41,761 bases of DNA, taken from positions 131,968,562-132,010,322 of the forward strand of contig NC_068984.1 in the NCBI RefSeq assembly GCF_001194135.2, read 5' to 3'. Below the pieces are notes generated by a model. It did no database searches. It was not told the DNA's origin and saw nothing but the letters and a program-made list of their open reading frames with translations. The number at the start of each line of letters is the position of its first letter. Position 1 is the stretch's first letter. The position numbers and the translations under genes are program-made. Shown one piece after another: positions 10,641 to 22,872 of the stretch. This DNA is from Octopus bimaculoides (taxonomy: Eukaryota).

Positions 10641-11654
10641 CCATATACTCTGCAGAATTTTAGACAAATCTGACTGTGTTTTTGTGTGTGTGGACAGAGA
10701 TAGGCAAACAGATAATATCCTCAAATTGTTTTGCTCCAAAACACTTGTAACGGCTACGGGATATACACACACATACACACGCATTTAACTGTGTAAAAAT
10801 GTTTTGGTTACAAACATTCAAAGATAAAAAGAAAAAAAGAACGTGTATGTGTGAGTGTGTATGCACACACGCAAACACATTCAGTGTTTGTAATATCACG
10901 CATAGAAATTTGTATGCACTTACGTACACATATATACAAACAATACAAAAAAGAAACTTCAGAGAAATACAGACAAAAGTCAAGGCTGATCTACTACTAC
11001 TACTACTACTAAATCTGTCTGATAAAAACAATGCCTAGCACTGTAGTAGGGTTGTGGAGTTAATGGCAGTGGTGGTAGTAATGGTGATCTTGGTGGATAG
11101 TGCAAAGATGGTGGTGGGTGATAGAGGATGTTGTAAAAAAAATGGTGGTGGTGGTGGTGGTAAAGATGATAGTAGAGGTAGATAGTGAGTGTAGCGACGG
11201 TTGTTGCTGTTGCTGGTGGCATCAGTGGTGGTGAGTGTGATCGAAGTACAAAGTTGCTATCACCGGACTTGTTTATTGAACAAGATAGCATCAGATAGCA
11301 ACAGTCACTAATGATGGTAGGTGCGGTGGGGAGTTACGAAGGTGTGACGGTGGAGGCTTATTCCGGAGCCTGTGTGCGTGTGTGTGTGTGTGTGCGTGTG
11401 GTGGGGTGAACACAAGCGGAGAGTACAAAGGTCGGGAAGGTTCGAAACCTTCTGACGTTCTATATTCATGGGGTGCTACAGTTCAAAGAGCAGCACCAGC
11501 CAAAGCAGTTGATTATTACTTTGTTGTAGATATGTAACTCAAAGCTCAAGGTTATTTCTTTTTATATATATATATATATACACATGTGTGCATTTCTTAA
11601 CGCGTGCTGAAAAGCACAAGGCTTAGATGTTTGCGGAAAGTATTGAATCGATTA

Positions 11655-11860
11655 AGGCGAGTTGGCAGAACCATTAATACGCCGGGCAAAATGGCTTAGC
11701 GCTATTTCGCCCGTCTTCACAATCAGAGTTCAAATTCCGCCGAGGTCAGCTTTACCTTTCATCTTTTCGGCGTTGATAAAATAAATACCAGTTGAAGACT
11801 GGGGATCGATGTAATCGACTTGCCCCTCCTCCTAAACTGCTGGCATTGTGCCAAAATTTG
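11655..11860 (+). mobile_element. Near full-length tRNA-derived SINE (same family as 41396-41610)
   Basis: GGCGAGTTGGCAGAA...GAGTTCAAATTCCGCCGAGGTC...TTTCATCTTTTCGGCGTTGATAAAATAAATACCAG...GGCATTGTGCCAAAATTTGAAA. Confidence 0.85.
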
Positions 11861-11871
11861 AAAGCAGTCTT

Positions 11872-12200
11872 TTATCTTTTACCTGTTTCAATCATTAGAT
11901 TGCGGCCACACTGGGGTACCGACTTGAAGAGTTTTAGTCGAACGAATCGACCCCAGTACTTTACTCAGTCTCTTATTGCCGAACCGCCAAGTTACGCAAT
12001 CATAAACACATCAACACCAGTTGTCAAGCGGTGGTGGGGACAAACAGACACACACATATGTATAGACATACACACATATATGACAAGCTTCTTTCAGTTT
12101 CCCCTCAACCAGATCCACTGACAAAGCTTTGGTCAGCGTGCCACGCAGTGGGATTGAATCAAGATCCATGTGGCTGAGAAGCAAATTTCTTACCACACCT
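11872..12200 (-). mobile_element. ~400-bp-type SINE with an internal microsatellite, partly deleted
   Basis: Inverted homology to 35455-35820; abuts the plus-strand SINE tail to tail. Confidence 0.8.
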
Positions 12201-12972
12201 GAGCCTAACAAAGTCAAGTGCTATACAAAAATAGTTAACCATAAAATTGCATAATTGTCGCCGTGGATTTTTCAATAAAATTGTTCTCTCTTTCTCTCTC
12301 TGCACACACACACAGAAATAGTTACATACTTGAAAAACCATATTAATCATTTGGAACACAAAAGCTCTAAAGTTCATTTTCTTTATTCCTTGAGCAGTCA
12401 AAATTTTCGTCGCATCGCTGCAACCTAGTCATTGACCCCAACAGACAGGCAAACACATAGATATAAGTAATCGTTTAAGACATGCAAAAGGTCAAAGTAC
12501 GTTTTATTAAAATCGACTATGTTGCCGCTTGATTGTATCGTGGGATCTCAGTGTTTGGAACTCAGAATTCACTAGTTTCAACTTCAAACAAGACATACAA
12601 GAACAAGGAAATGTGAAAAATCTTCATAAAAAAAGTATAAAGTTAATACAGACGTAATCTAATCATACTTTAAAAAATCTGTTTCTCATATTATATTATA
12701 TTATATATGCACGTTTGTGTCCTCACGTAGACTTATGTAATCAAGAACGCATTTAACTTTATACTATACGCACATACATTCTAGTGTTGCAGACAATGCA
12801 TGTGCATTTGTATTCAAAAGGCGAAATACGAACTATACACACACATTCACAGAGACACATAAATACAGGCGTGCGATACTTTCAAGTTGCTGGGATAAGT
12901 ATGAACTTGTCACGGAGACTATGAGAAGCCAACAAATGATCAGGCAGTCATTAAGTGCCAGTTGCTAGGTAG

Positions 12973-13014
<42 letters not shown>

Positions 13015-13699
13015 AGAGAAGGTCCTCCATATAAGCCACGATGAAGTTGCTGACAATCTTCGCATAAACTAAATGTGTGCAATAAATATATACAAATACA
13101 TCCCTTTAAATAATGGAATGTATTTCTCAACGATAAATTATATGTACTACTTAATTTAACTGCTTCAATAAAAATACGAAAATCTACAGCAAACAGCAAT
13201 AAAAGTTGAAAAGACAAACTTAAGAATCTAGTTAAGAGTTGTTGAGTTCTAAGTTAACCATGATCGGCCAAACCTTACATAATCAGAGTAAGACTTCGTT
13301 TTAAAGTACGTCCGGTCTCTCTTAAAAGAGCGAGATGAAGTCCGAGAGAGATTTAGCTGCTATCTCTAACATGTTAATTAGCAAGGTTTCAAATTGTGAA
13401 AAGTTTACACAGAAAACGATAGGGTTCGGGTACGTTTCTGTGTTATACAGCACTCAAAATATTTGTAATAGGTTCTGCTTCTGGAGAGAAGAAAGTTATA
13501 TGAATGACGGAGCGGCAGACGAAGTTTTGCAACATTTAGTTCCGTACTGTGGTCAAATCCTTCAGGTTGACCCCCTACAGACCCTTTAGTAAATCCATGG
13601 CCTTGTGTCAAAGCAAGAAGTCAAAATCTACCCATACCATCAAGTGACATCACGTTTCAGTGGTTATAGATTTATAGTAATCGAGTGGTGAAGTGGATT

Positions 13700-14380
13700 C
13701 ATAACGCCCAGGGTTAATTAATAAAAGTTTCCTATTTAGGGAACATGACCAGCAATTTTAAGGTCAGAGCGTTGATACAATCGACCCCAGTACTTAACTG
13801 GTACTTTATTTTACCGACCCCAGCTCTGAACTGGTATTTCATTTTTATCGACCCAGAAGGATTCGTAGCGCCCAGGGCTAATTAATAAAGGCGTTAAGTG
13901 TAGGCATGAGACTAGCAATTTTGAGGGAAGAGTATCAAGTCGATATCATTGACCGCAGTGCTTAAGTGATACTTTATTTTATCGATCCTGAAAGGAGGTT
14001 GACAGCCGAAGTTGACCATAGCGAATTTTGAACTCAAAACGTAAAGAGCCGAGACATGTACTACAAAGCATTTATTCCGATCCTCTACAAACTCGCCAGG
14101 GCGGTGGATTGGTAGAATTTTACGTTTTGAGTTCAAATTTCGCTAAGGTTAACTTTGCTTTTTATTCTTTCAGGGTCGATAAAATGAAGTATCACTCAAG
14201 ACTGACCTTCTTCCCTCAAAATTACTAGTCTCATGCCTACACTTGAAGCCCTTAATAATTAGCCCAGAGCGCTACGAATCTTGCTGGGCCGATAAAATAC
14301 CAGTCCATGACCGGGGTCGGTAAAATAAAGTACCAGTAAGTACTGGAGTCCATTGTATCAACGCTTAAAATTGCTGGTTG
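13700..14380. mobile_element. Cluster of SINE fragments arranged as a large inverted repeat
   Basis: Arms ~13748-14045 and ~14119-14378 are reverse-complementary across several fragment junctions. Confidence 0.8.
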
Positions 14381-15392
14381 TATGGTTAAATACATAACGT
14401 CCATAGAAGGTATAGTGCTCATTAGAATTCTGAACTAATTCTAAATATAACAAAACTGGTTATTTTGGAATAGTAACTCGAAAATACTTTCAAGAAAGGT
14501 TTATATAAAAATGTGACAACTTAAAACCAGATATACATAATACATTAATAAATCATGAAATATAAAATATACATGAAACAATTATTAATACGTAAAAACA
14601 ATCCGAAAATATATTAACATTTATCGAAATGAAATTATTCTCATATGAAACTTCAAAATTAAATACTATTTTTATGACTAATTTCGGACTATTTTCTAAA
14701 TATTTACTTTTCCTTATACTTGATGATGCAAATGCATCGATAATATCAAAATTTATTTTTTCAGTTTATTCTTGTTCGTTACTGATGAGTCTTCCATGGC
14801 TTATCGAGAGACTCTTCAAATATGATAAAAATCAATTCAAATTTGTTGAAAGATCGCTACTCACAGCTGGCAATTGAAATTGCAACAGTGAGATTATCTG
14901 AAAAGCTATCTGAAATTTGAGTAGCAGATATGAAGAAAAAAAAACTTCCAGGCTGAAAAATAAACTAGTTCCTCAGTCTTAGAAAATTCAAATGCTTAGG
15001 AAACTTCAAAAGCATTTTACAATCCAAGGTTTCTTTATAAAACTTAAAACCGTCTATATCACTGTTTTAAAATTGTTGAAGTTTGATCAACATTTTTTGA
15101 GACCTTTTGGTTCTATCTCGGGTGGGTCATTTTTGCCAATAACAACACACGCACGGGTTCTATTTCATTAGTCAATTGGTTAACCATTTAACTAATCGAT
15201 TGTTTAATTAGTCAATCAATCAATTAGGTTTGTTAAAGCCTAAGTGATATGATCTTGGACTCATTTTTTGAACTCGGTCAAACTGAATAACAATTGATTC
15301 CGAAATCCAAACAAAATTAAGAAAAAAAATTGAAGACCAACTTTTGATTTAGCACCTGACTTGTATTTCGATTTTTAAATAGCAGTTCGGTT

Positions 15393-15442
<50 letters not shown>

Positions 15443-17144
15443 TTTTTTTGCCAAATTGAGCAAGAAACGAATGAGTAAAGCGACTGAATTATATTCGAAA
15501 AAGTTACTATCGATAGAACACGGTAAGCAGCACATACTCTGAACAACTAAAATTGAAAGAATGACTATCGCACTTTACAAAACCAGCTTTATAATTATTT
15601 TTAGCAAGTCTCTGTTGAACACAACTTTTATCACCAACCATAACTACAGATTTATAGCAGTATTAAGATCCATAGTCTTTTAACGGAATTTTGTCTTTTA
15701 CAAGATGCACCAAATTTCTCCCATCATGTTTACAGCAGCCTTTTGTTTTAACGATAAAACCAAGAAAAGTCTTTTGTAGTAAAAAAAAAAAAAAAANNNN
15801 NNNNNNNNNNNNNNNNNNNNNNNNNNNNNNNNNNNNNNNNNNNNNNNNNNNNNNNNNNNNNNNNNNNNNNNNNNNNNNNNNNNNNNNNNNNNNNNNNNNN
15901 NNNNNNNNNNNNNNNNNNNNNNNNNNNNNNNNNNNNNNNNNNNNNNNNNNNNNNNNNNNNNTAGTAATTTCTGGCGAAAGTAAAAGCCATCAGTTTGAAT
16001 AAATTCAGACTTTATTAAATTAACGGAAATAAATGTTCTTCCAGGCTTCTTTTCCATTTACCAAAGTGCTCTTTTATGACAAGATCAAAGCTTGCCGACA
16101 ATTGTAACAATGACAAATGTCCAAAAATTGTTTTCCTCTCACTTTCTATAAATGAGATCCCTCGTGAAAACGCAATACAAAGTTTTGAGCCATCAAAAAT
16201 TTTATGCAAAGGAGAATTCTAGAGAACATGTGGCCCGTTCCGTTATTCTGATGTGATTTAAACTTAGTTTTTTGTCAATGACTCCACTAACAAACTTCTC
16301 TCCATTGGCTGAAACAGTATCAATTTTTTTTTTTTTTGCATCTTTTCACGGGCGTTAATTATTTCTGATGTTTTGTAATGATCGAATTTATTCTTTTGTT
16401 TCAATGGAAACCGATGTATTTTGTGAAAATAGTAAACAGCAAAATAAAGAAAAATGCTTTTATTTCTATAGAATAAACAAGACCTCAAACGCCAAACTAC
16501 TCCATGTTTACGTCCATTTTCCAACTTTCTTTTTAATGAGCGTTTGTGGTTGCAAACCTTTTATTAGCCCAACAACCCTCTTCAAATGGCATGAAGCTTT
16601 ATCCAAAGGCAGATAAAGTTTTAATTTGAATCCGTTTCCTATATCTCCAGTACTCCCCGAAATGAATTAGAACCCCAGGTTGAGTAGCTGTTTTAAACCA
16701 TCTTTCACTTATCCGTACAAAATAAACGTAAAATATGATACAGGCATATTTTCCAAAAGAGTGCATTTTAACTAAAAATTAATCTAAATTATGAAACACC
16801 CACCCTCAAAATTTCGTATGTATCATTTCCTTAGCTACATCAATGTGAACAAAACAGACTGGAGTGAAAACAAGCTCTGTTTCCAGCTGACAACATAAAC
16901 CGTTATGATCGATTGTTTGGCCTTTTCTTTTTATTGAATCATTAGTGTTGATATTGTTTATATAATGTAATAAACTTATCCAATCTATATTTTATCATAG
17001 TTTTGATTCCATATCTGTTTGCATTTCCCGTTTGCTGAAGTTTGTGTGTGTGCGTGCTTTCTTGGAACTTTTGAGAGATTTCATAACTATATACTAACAC
17101 AACGTCCAGAATACCACTGTTATGCATATGACATTGTAAAGCAT

Positions 17145-17190
17145 TATATTTCACATTATCATATTTCACATTATCATATTTCACAGCTGT
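17145..17190. repeat. 15-bp tandem repeat (TATTTCACATTATCA), about 2.6 copies
   Basis: Direct reading. Confidence 0.85.
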
Positions 17191-18270
17191 TATACATAAT
17201 TCAACACAAGAACCTTCTATTTTAATGATACTATTAAAGCTAAGTTCTAATAATTTTATGGAATTTTGCCACTTACTCTCCTGAATCATTAATGATCTCC
17301 TTATAAATCCACGAAAGATGTGCTATACCAGTTGTGTAAAGAGAAAAATGAGCAGGTCAAAACCCCTAAGAATAGGCATTTGGTTCAGCTAAAATCTGAT
17401 AAATATATCTGCGCAGTGAAAACCAAGTTCGAGATCAGCTCTTCCTCAGGGCCATCGCACAAGTGAACTCAACTTAACTCCATTGAAACATAGAAATATG
17501 TTGTGCTTCAATATAGTAATTTATTTCTCATCGTTTGCAGCCATATACACGTATAACGTGTTTCATTATGATTATACTATTATATATTAAAGTATTATGT
17601 GAAATTACGTTATTATTTCTGTATATTAATCCCTGTATTTACTGTAGGAATTAGTATATGTTATAGTTTTATTGCTATAATGTCGTGTATAAATCAACGT
17701 TGCAACTTGGCCTGCAAGGAAAGTTTTTGTTTCAAATTCAATAACATATATAATTGACTTCAATAAGAAGCACTCCTCCCCCCCCCCACACACACACACA
17801 CGATATTTTCTCATAACCTTTCGAGATCATTTTGAATGACTGACTTCAATCTACGAAGACTTAATTTTGTTTACAATATCTTATCTCTGTAGGATTTCTA
17901 CTATCAAGTCCACTGGTTGTACCTCTCCCTTTGGTGGTATAACTGAAGTCTAGCATTACCCTTTGTTTATCAGGTGACAGGCACAATGTGTTAAATTGTT
18001 AGCAGGTTTGATAAGCATATCTAACTTACGAACAACTTGACAAGAGTTTTAAGTTATGGGATCAGGATAGGGAAGTTTAACAATAAGATTGGGCGGCTAG
18101 AGGGCCCAAGAAACACTGCGGACAATTAAGACCGATTAAAAGGTTAAAAATTCAGCAACCTTCACTTGCAAAGTGATGGATAAAAAATACTGTGGATAGT
18201 TATTTAACCCATTAGGATATAAAGAGTACAACTAAAGAAATGTTCAGAGAGTGTTTACTTTCTTATACAG

Positions 18271-18404
18271 CAGGCATGGGTAACCGTTTTCGAGAAGCGG
18301 GCCGCATAAGACACGACTCATCATCAGGTGGGCTACGCATCTAAAAAGATTTTAATATATGTTATTTTCTTGCCATTACGAAAGTTCCACGAGCTGCAGT
18401 TTGC

Positions 18405-18460
<56 letters not shown>

Positions 18461-18465
18461 CTTGA
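18271..18465. mobile_element. hAT (Charlie-like) MITE with a (TA)n run inside its right terminus
   Basis: Left end CAGGCATGGGTAAC. The right end GTTTGCCCAT-(AT)n-AGCTTG corresponds to the expected GTTTGCCCATGCCTG. Homologous to 8800-8945. Confidence 0.65.
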
Positions 18466-19551
18466 TGGAGACCAAAGAATGTGGAGAAGCTTGATGCTTA
18501 TGACATTTATTCGCAAGAGCAGAACGCAGCATTGTAGTCGTTTGTCATTTGTTAATTTCAACACGATAAAAATCACCCTATATCCACAGCAGTAGTTTAA
18601 TCCAGCAAGCTATCGAACCACTTTCCTATTGCTCTCACTGTTAGGAACAATGAATTATTACTATACAGCGGTACTAATTACTTCTATTTGAAGAGATAAG
18701 TATTTTGGGACCTTGACACAACGCATTTCTGCTGACAAGATATGAATCATCGACCTCTTACTACCTTATCCACTCAAGTAGCAACACTCGATTTTAATAA
18801 AGTAATATTCAAACAATTTGTTAATTAACCACACTTAACAGAAGTTTTTTTTTTTTTTTTTTCAGGTGGAAAAACAATGTAAATGACCGTTGCAGGTTCT
18901 TCAAGACTGATGAAACTGATGAGACCAATGCCGCCAATAAGCCAGGTGAACATTTGTAGGTCAATGAAAACGTGGGCGAGGACAGAAACGGCGGTCTGGA
19001 TCGAATGTTTGTCATAGTGAACTCCTCTGAGGTTAGCTAACATGGTGCTGTTAAACTGGAGAGCGGCGTATTGGGCCTACTGCACCAATAAACAGTGATA
19101 GCACTATGGCATTGACGAGTGATTTGTCAGTCCTGAGGCAGCGAGTCTATGACCAAGGCGCTTCAAGATGTGTCTGAGTCAAATTTATCCAATGTCCATT
19201 CTTTTATTTTTTAACCCTGTCACCCGCGTTCTTGCTATATCGGGAACAGGTTAAACCTCATTTTTGCCGAATTCCCGGTAATGAACGACCCATATAGAAA
19301 AAGATGTAGCTAATTTTGTGCATTAGTTTGCCTGAAAACGTTAGTTTTGAGCTGTATATGCAACAATTTTTTCTTTTCCTCAGGAGCCTAAGGTTAGACA
19401 CTGGGGCCTAGGTCAGAGAGGGTTAAGACGACAGTGTGATTCGAGCGAGATTTGGCTGTTGGTTCTAGCAAGTCGAGTAACATCGTAGAGGTTTCCATAT
19501 TGGTTCTGCTTATGACTCAGACAACAACATAAGTACAAGAGCACAATGAAG

Positions 19552-19658
19552 CACACTTGCAGATGTATTGACGGTCAGATACAAGGGTGCAAACACAGAC
19601 GAACACATTTGCAGGTGTATAGACGGTCAGATACAAGGGTGCAAACACAGGCGAACAC
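19552..19658. repeat. 52-bp tandem duplication, 2 copies
   Basis: CACACTTGCAGATGTATTGACGGTCAGATACAAGGGTGCAAACACAGACGAA versus CACATTTGCAGGTGTATAGACGGTCAGATACAAGGGTGCAAACACAGGCGAA (4 substitutions). Confidence 0.9.
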
Positions 19659-20324
19659 CCACTTGTTATTTAGAAATGCGCTCGTTGCAGTTAAATTCCT
19701 GAACAGAATTTTTATCTTGAGCTAGAGGAAACAAAAGTAAAATATAACGCACACTAGAACAATCTTTCGATTTAAGCACATAAAATGGCCAACTGCCAAG
19801 TAAAACGGTATGACAGAAAAAAATGTATATTAGTATTTAAATGTGATAATAAACTCAAACATATACATACACGCCTTTAGTCAAAGAGTATAATTTTACA
19901 CTATACTCTTGAACAGCTATATAAGTACGAATAAACAAGGAACTATTGGTAAATACTTCTTTCTTTTTCATAATTGCTTTCTAAGAAATGAAAGCTTTAA
20001 AGACGTTATTTTACACTTTCATTTTGTAATCGGCCATTTTACGTGTCGAAATCGAAAGCTTATTCACACTTTATATATTTCTAGCATAAGCACAGGGCCG
20101 CAAATTCGGAAAAAAGGCGTAGATAGAATCGATTTCAGCATTTGACTGGTACTAGTTTTATTGATGTCTAGGCAGAATAAAAGCAGAATTTGAAAACGCA
20201 TCTAACTACACACCAAAGGGTTATTAACCTGGTAACTACCCTTTCTACAGTCCTATACCCTTTTAAGAAACGACGATCTCCAGCATGAACACGAGGCTAC
20301 ACTAGACATTCAGGTAGTGAATAT

Positions 20325-20440
20325 GGTCGATTATATCGATCTCACTCCCATATTTAACCGTGTATTTATGTTATCGACCGCAAAAGACGAAGGGCTGAAT
20401 CGACCCCGATAGAATTTGAACGTAAGAACATAAAAGGGAC
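20325..20440 (-). mobile_element. Degenerate SINE fragment (family of 4498-4682); a second fragment at ~20095-20190
   Basis: TTATCGACCGCAAAAGACGAAGGGCTGAATCGACCCCGATAGAATTTGAAC. Confidence 0.55.
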
Positions 20441-21490
20441 GTAACTGATAAGGTATGAAGCGTACAAATAAGATATATACCAATTAGTACTCAGAGCCTT
20501 ATGTACATACTGCATTTTAATACAATGTTAATCCCCTAGCATACTTTTACGTTGGGGTTAAGTCTCTCAGAAAGCCTTTTGAATATGCTATTAAAGTTTT
20601 TTTTTTTTTTAGGAGTTTATATTATCTTTTTAATCCCGCAATGTGAAGACAATGCAGGTGAATGGAATCCAAATATATCAACAAACAAGTTATTACGATT
20701 TTATAGTTTATAAATGTATAAAGAATATTTTTATGAACTTCTTTTTACGTGTAATGTAAACTACCTGTGTGAGGGAGGGAGGGAAAGAGAGAGAAAAGAG
20801 CGTCGTCGCGTTATCTGAAGAAAAGAAAAATCTTTAAATTCATTTGTTCCACATTCCAACCAATATTTAATAACTGCAAAACTAAGGTTCAACATTCTAT
20901 AAACAAACAAACATGACATGCCCATCAAAAATATTAATGCATACATATAACACCTATATATTATGGACGTATACAATAGCTGTTGTATAAAAATATATCA
21001 AATACCAGCAGACGCATCTTTAAAAGCTTAAGGGTATATATTTGTGTGCATATTCACACACGGAACGTGTGGTAATTTGAAGAGACACTATCACAATACT
21101 GGTAACCAGATACAAGGAAACGACGCGCTATATACACTTCCTCTATATTTCAATATAGATGTGTGCGCACTCACAACACGTATGAACGAAGACTTGGTTT
21201 TTAAATTCAGTTATATCTTACCTTTTACTAGTTAGGACCACTTAAGATAAAAAATAGATATCACATGTGTATGGGTGCACCTACATTTACACACGCAAGT
21301 GATGAAATATACCATACAGACACACACGAAATATATCGCCTCACAGCTATGTAACCTATACACAGGTATGTGTACCTACACGCACATACAGCAGGCGTGT
21401 ATTACCCTACGTACATTTTATAGAAGTTTTACGTATCTGCTATAATGCTGTTACGATAATCGTGTACACACGTGTGTATGTATGTGTGAG

Positions 21491-21531
<41 letters not shown>

Positions 21532-22275
21532 ACGCGTGCACGTATACAGTTATTACGTAATAACACTGTAATTGCGTGTATCTGCAACAAGTGTAATATA
21601 TACATGCCACAGTAACATTTTTATAGTCACATGTAACATTCAGAACAACAAATGTAGATAAATACGCTATGGCTCAGAAATGTATCGAATCAACACACAT
21701 ACATACATACACACCTTTCCACCAAGCACACATACCAAGCATTAATGTTTGTAAATATCATGACCATGTAATCAACATATCTCAAAAATCTCATCCACAA
21801 GTACACGCCATCACATTACCACCAACATGTAACCAATACGAAGATACACCTTAGACATGCATATTTACATAATACGTAAATAACAGACTATGTACCTGTG
21901 TGTGTGTGTGTGTGTGTACGCGCACACAGTGACGTATGCATATAAGCACACAAGAAAAACACACACACACCATTATTATATTACATAAATGTCGAGTCTT
22001 AAAGACGAGATGGCCAGGGAAGAAACGTCTCTGGTTACAGGTCGGTTCAATCAGGGCTGAACAGAGTCGAAACATCAACACCATCACCACAACCACATTT
22101 TATACGTAATAACGAAAACAATATAAACAGAAAGAGCTGTAACAGAAAAGAAAACAGTATAATGGTGATGTGGTTATAATAAGAAAAAGAAACCTTGAGA
22201 GAAAGAAACGTGTATGCGTCCGTTTCAGATGTATGTGTATATAACTGTACATATATGGATTACACACACACACAC

Positions 22276-22310
<35 letters not shown>

Positions 22311-22320
22311 NNNNNNNNNN

Positions 22321-22358
<38 letters not shown>

Positions 22359-22872
22359 GTGTGTGTCTATATATATGTTATAGTATGTATGTATGTATGT
22401 GTGTGTGTGCGCGCGCCAAGTGGGGGCGGGTGTGAGTTGCGAGCAGATCCAAATAAACAAGTTCTATAGTTAGGTTAGCTTGGCTGACAGTCTGTTCTTC
22501 CTCCCCCCTCCCTCATCTAGCTTACTTCTCTATCTGTCACTCTCTCTCTCAGCGCTGCACACACACACACACACCATAACTCCCACTCTCACTTTAAACA
22601 GTCTAAAATCCCACACTACCCATCTATCCATCCATCACGCACTCACTTACCGCCTCACCCCCGCCGTAACAAGCAAGAACGTCTCGCCCTTACCCCCACC
22701 TCGTCAGGCCGTCTCTCGTCTCTTCCGCCCCCTCCGACCCGCAAACTACCCTTCTCCAGAAGGTGAAGGACAAACGGCAACCCAGGAGATGCGGTGGTGT
22801 CCTGGGTGGGGGAAGCCAGTCTATTGCTTTACAACCAAAATACAGTCTGATGACGGAATCGACAAGTAACTG

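Noticed and set aside
11655-11760. tRNA-like A/B boxes in the SINE heads (also 40740-40800 and 41396-41490)
   Set aside because: They are SINE promoters, not tRNA genes: no complete cloverleaf, and each continues into a SINE body.
16015-16209. Minus-strand peptide vaguely like a transposase C-terminus
   Set aside because: No diagnostic motif; the resemblance is too weak.
19552-19658. Repeat arrays as possible CRISPR-like structures (also 37560-37810)
   Set aside because: Eukaryotic context, no unique spacers between identical repeats, and no cas genes.
22480-22869. 129-aa plus-strand ORF (MADSLFF...)
   Set aside because: Low-complexity start, no recognisable domain, and the minus-strand splice signals explain the island better.
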